A stretch of DNA of 36,167 nucleotides from Elainellaceae cyanobacterium (GTDB lineage: Bacteria > Cyanobacteriota > Cyanobacteriia > CAZCXK01), in NCBI GenBank assembly GCA_051117555.1, contig JBNPEG010000225.1, forward strand, positions 5,562-41,728, read 5' to 3'. A program made the position numbers and the translations under genes. Of the stretch, positions 32,608 to 36,167 are shown piece after piece. The notes under the pieces are model-generated. The model saw nothing but the letters and a program-made list of their open reading frames with translations, searched no databases and was not told where the DNA came from. How positions within the stretch are numbered: position 1 is the stretch's first letter; the number at the start of each line of letters is the position of its first letter.

Positions 32608-33315
32608 TTACGCCGTGATCAATTCTGGTTCTGGACGTTTGCTATTACGGATTCCGGCGATCGCCTCAGCATAGTCATCTGCCTTAAACACGGCTGAACC
32701 TGCAACAATCGCGTTTGCTCCCGCTTCGAGCACTTGCCATGTATTTTTGACTTTCAATCCTCCGTCCACTTCAATCCACGGATCTAGCCCTCGTTCGTCA
32801 CACATTTGGCGAAGTTGGCGAATCTTAGGCACTACCGTTGGAATAAAGCTTTGCCCGCCGAAACCAGGGTTTACGCTCATAATCAGCACCATATCGCACA
32901 AGTCCAACACGTAATCAATCAGATCGAGTGGCGAACCTGGATTTAGGACAACGCCTGCTTTCTTACCCAATTCCCGAATCTGCCCTAACGTGCGATGCAG
33001 GTGAGGTGAAGCATTATGCTCAGCATGAACATAAATGTGGTCAGCACCCGCTTTAGCGAAGTCTTCCACATATTTCTCAGGCTCAACGATCATCAAGTGA
33101 ACATCTAGCGGTTTTTGGGTGAGTGGGCGAATGGCGCTCACCACCAAAGGACCAATTGTAATATTAGGGACAAAGCGTCCGTCCATTACGTCAACGTGAA
33201 TCCAATCAGCTCCCGCTTGATCAACCGCCCGAATTTCTTCTCCAAGACGGCTAAAATCGGCTGATAGTATAGATGGAGCAATTACAACTGGCTTTTGGGA
33301 TTGGGTCTGAGTCAT
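32608..33315 (-). CDS. rpe: Ribulose-phosphate 3-epimerase
   Basis: [39 protein letters not shown]. Confidence 0.98.
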   Translation of the reverse strand: MTQTQSQKPVVIAPSILSADFSRLGEEIRAVDQAGADWIHVDVMDGRFVPNITIGPLVVSAIRPLTQKPLDVHLMIVEPEKYVEDFAKAGADHIYVHAEHNASPHLHRTLGQIRELGKKAGVVLNPGSPLDLIDYVLDLCDMVLIMSVNPGFGGQSFIPTVVPKIRQLRQMCDERGLDPWIEVDGGLKVKNTWQVLEAGANAIVAGSAVFKADDYAEAIAGIRNSKRPEPELITA

Positions 33316-33428
33316 AGCTCAACAATCTCTCCTGCGTCCTTTTCGTAATGTTATTTTAACAAACTGCGTCCATTCCTTTTCCCTGATCACCTCAATCCTC
33401 GGCAATTTAGCGTCCCGGAGAACTTGGC

Positions 33429-35120
33429 ATGACTCAGCAGCAAACTATTAAACGATTAATTGGACTTCTTGGGATTGTCTCTGCATCATTAATAGGTGCG
33501 CCCGTTTTAGCATTGGTCAGATCGGTGGGTGAAGACGGTATTGATGCCCATCGATTACACGCGCCGCCGTATAACCTCATCGGGCGCAAGATTTCGATTG
33601 GTCAAGTTGAGATTGGTCGCCCTGCGGTATTTGGTCTGGATAAAGCCGCAAATTCGAATCAGGTGGTCAATCTTGGGCAAGTGTTGTATCGGGACGGACG
33701 CGCAACTGCTGATGAGCTTGTTGACGGGCATGCTGCCAACGTTGCCAGCGTCATGGTCAGCTCAGACAAGCGCTTGACAGGGGTTGCGCCGGGTGCCCGA
33801 CTCTACTCATCCGCAGTCGGGTTTATCGAACGAAATGGGCAGCCTCAGGAATGCCTCTCGACCCAGGCAGTTGCTCAGCAAAATAGTGGAGATGTGCGCG
33901 CCATCAACTTTAGCTTTGGAGAATCGCTGGCTAGAGATCCGCGCCCCGATGCCACGCTAGACGGCAATGCGTTGCTGACTCAATGCATTGATTGGTCGTC
34001 CAATGTTCATGATGTGTTGTATGTCATTGCTGGCAATCAAGGGCGGGGTGGAATTCCAATCCCGACCGATAATTTCAACGGGATGAATGTCACCAATTCG
34101 ACTATGGTTGCGGGTCGTTTTGCAAAAGTAAGCTTTTCTAGCTTGAGCAGCGAACCACCTGTCGTCATCGGTCGTTTGCCTGACTTGGAGAGCAATGTGG
34201 GGCCTCGCCGCTCAATTAGCATTACGGCACCCGGGTCTAATATTGAGATGCTAAATCCAGATGGCACTACTGCGATCGCCACTGGGACAAGTTTTGCGGC
34301 TCCTCATGTGACGGCGATGGTGGCACTGCTTCAGGAATATGGAGATTCTGCAATTCGGCGATCGCATGCAGGATTAGCTCCTGACGCAACCCTGGGCGAT
34401 CGCCCCCTAGAACTCCGACACCCCGAATGGACGCTCGATGCCCGAAATCCACAAGTCATGAAAGCAGTTCTCATGAATTCTGCAGACAAAATTCAAGACA
34501 CTGGCGATGGATTAAACCTAGGCATGAGCCGCACCGTATATGACCAGACCAATAAAACCTGGCTTGATTCAGATGCCTATACCGACCCTGAAAAACCACT
34601 GAGTGCAGAACTAGGAACGGGGCATCTAAACGCCTATCGAGCCTATCAACAGTTTAGCGCCGGACAGTGGAGCCCAGATGACGAAATCCCTGTCATCGGA
34701 TGGGATTATCACACGGTCAGCCCTGCCTCTCGAAATGATGAGCCCCCCAAGTTTCGAGACTATGTTTTAGAACAGTCGTTGGAAGCAGATAGTTTTGTCT
34801 CAATTACCCTGGCCTGGAATCGCTACGTGACCCTCAATGATGAAAACAGCAACGGTCGGTATGACATCGGCGAGACGTTCGACGACCAAGGGCTGAATGA
34901 CTTAAATCTCTATCTGATGCCTGCTGATGAAGATGATATTGATGCCAGTATCTGGTCATCTGTGAGCGAGGTGGATAGTATCGAGCATATTTTCCAAAAA
35001 ATCCCAGAATCAGGACGGTACAAAATTCGAGTCGTGTACGCCAATCAGGTCAACGATGAGGTGCAGCCCTATGCGCTGGCATGGTGGACCGCCCCCGATC
35101 GCCTGCCTGCTTCAGAATAG
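33429..35120 (+). CDS. Secreted S8 (subtilisin-like) serine peptidase
   Basis: Signal peptide; DGHAANVAS (His), IAGNQG (oxyanion Asn), GTSFAAPHV (Ser); C-terminal beta-rich domain with ITLAW and DLNLYL. Confidence 0.88.
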   Translation: MTQQQTIKRLIGLLGIVSASLIGAPVLALVRSVGEDGIDAHRLHAPPYNLIGRKISIGQVEIGRPAVFGLDKAANSNQVVNLGQVLYRDGRATADELVDGHAANVASVMVSSDKRLTGVAPGARLYSSAVGFIERNGQPQECLSTQAVAQQNSGDVRAINFSFGESLARDPRPDATLDGNALLTQCIDWSSNVHDVLYVIAGNQGRGGIPIPTDNFNGMNVTNSTMVAGRFAKVSFSSLSSEPPVVIGRLPDLESNVGPRRSISITAPGSNIEMLNPDGTTAIATGTSFAAPHVTAMVALLQEYGDSAIRRSHAGLAPDATLGDRPLELRHPEWTLDARNPQVMKAVLMNSADKIQDTGDGLNLGMSRTVYDQTNKTWLDSDAYTDPEKPLSAELGTGHLNAYRAYQQFSAGQWSPDDEIPVIGWDYHTVSPASRNDEPPKFRDYVLEQSLEADSFVSITLAWNRYVTLNDENSNGRYDIGETFDDQGLNDLNLYLMPADEDDIDASIWSSVSEVDSIEHIFQKIPESGRYKIRVVYANQVNDEVQPYALAWWTAPDRLPASE

Positions 35121-35129
35121 GTATAGTCG

Positions 35130-35216
35130 TATAGTAATGTGTAATTGCGTCAAGCACATAATATGGGGCACGCCGCGCCCACACCACCGTACTTAACCCA
35201 AGTGAATACCGCTATA
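35130..35216. mobile_element. Long (87 bp) MITE-like element, subfamily B
   Basis: TATAGTAATGTGTAATTGCGTCA...CACGCCGCGCCC...CACCACCGTACTTAAC...ATACCGCTATA; homologous to the reverse complement of 7992-8086. Confidence 0.65.
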
Positions 35217-35512
35217 TTTAATTGTGATGGACCCAGTCTCCCCAGATGAATATCAAAAGGATAAGACTAACAGCTTCGTTGACTAACGATACATCCCTCT
35301 CTTTTGGGGAGCTATTTTCCAGGCATGAGAGTTTGTAACAATTCCCTCAAAGTTAGTATTACGTTCTTTAAAGTTTTCTAGGGTTCTACAAAATCGCGCA
35401 GAATCGCTGCTGTAAACTAATAGTCAACTTGGAGAAACCCGTTATCGGTCATCTTGACAAGCTATTTGCAAGCTATATTGCAAGTTTTAGTCAAATGGCC
35501 GTTAGCAAATGA

Positions 35513-35797
<285 letters not shown>

Positions 35798-35837
35798 GAT
35801 TCATCTACACCTCTCAATTTAGTTTCTGGATATCTTC

Positions 35838-35862
35838 AAAAGGGGCTTTATGCCCCTTTTTG
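35838..35862 (+). terminator. Rho-independent terminator of psaC
   Basis: AAAAGGGGC-TTTAT-GCCCCTTTTT. Confidence 0.8.
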
Positions 35863-35882
35863 TTTAATAATTACAGTTCACT

Positions 35883-35937
35883 TATAGCGGTATGGGCTTG
35901 GGTGTTTTTGTGCTTGACGCAATTGCACATTGCTATA
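35883..35937. mobile_element. Short (55 bp) MITE-like element, subfamily B, inverted relative to 35130-35216
   Basis: Reverse complement matches the 35130 copy at 27/29 (left end) and 18/21 (right end); central hairpin absent. Confidence 0.6.
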
Positions 35938-36167
35938 ACTCAAGCACACATCGCCGATTGCCTGACAAACGTTTCGGAGGCTGGCGGTTGTTTCTCCAAT
36001 TAAAACAGGGACGCAGTGATACTACGCCCCTTCTAATCGATTCTAATCAGTGAAATATTCTCTAAATTCTCACTACTTAAGACTGTTAGCTATTTCTTTT
36101 TACCTCGTCCAGCGGTTGCATCGACTGGTTCAATTTCTGACAAATTAAACGTAACGAGCTTGTCCCA

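Noticed and set aside
32319..32674. Plus-strand ORFs over the repeat (75 aa and 99 aa)
   Set aside because: Open only because the 21-bp unit lacks stops. Cys-rich low-complexity translations, and one runs antisense into rpe.
35458..35484. CAAGCTAT(A)TTG direct repeats upstream of psaC as an RpaB/HLR1 site
   Set aside because: Does not match the (G/T)TTACA(T/A)(T/A) direct-repeat consensus, and is too short to support another call.

Overview
Cyanobacterial chromosomal window (roughly 25 HIP1 octamers GCGATCGC, psaC, ndhN, ldpA, cyAbrB). The core is the large minus-strand ribosomal protein cluster rplC-...-secY-infA-rpmJ-rpsM-rpsK-rpoA-rplQ-truA-rplM-rpsI-rpmE-prfA. On its left lie sbcD, an ABC-F ATPase, gpmI-secG, a matrixin-like protease, a CDF transporter and cyAbrB/Rrf2. 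On its right lie ndhN-ldpA-ycf45, rpe, an S8 protease and psaC. Almost all genes are housekeeping, so the unusual signals are non-coding or organisational. (1) Five copies of a tiny TATAG...GCT(A/G)TA-bounded inverted-repeat element fall into two subfamilies, each with a long hairpin-bearing form and a short hairpin-less form; two copies bracket psaC in inverted orientation. (2) A 21/42-bp tandem array encodes a very regular heptad coiled-coil pattern in frame behind the rpe stop codon. (3) adk is absent from its usual secY-infA position. (4) A putative ~455-nt structured leader precedes rplC. No CRISPR, tRNA/rRNA or transposase is seen.
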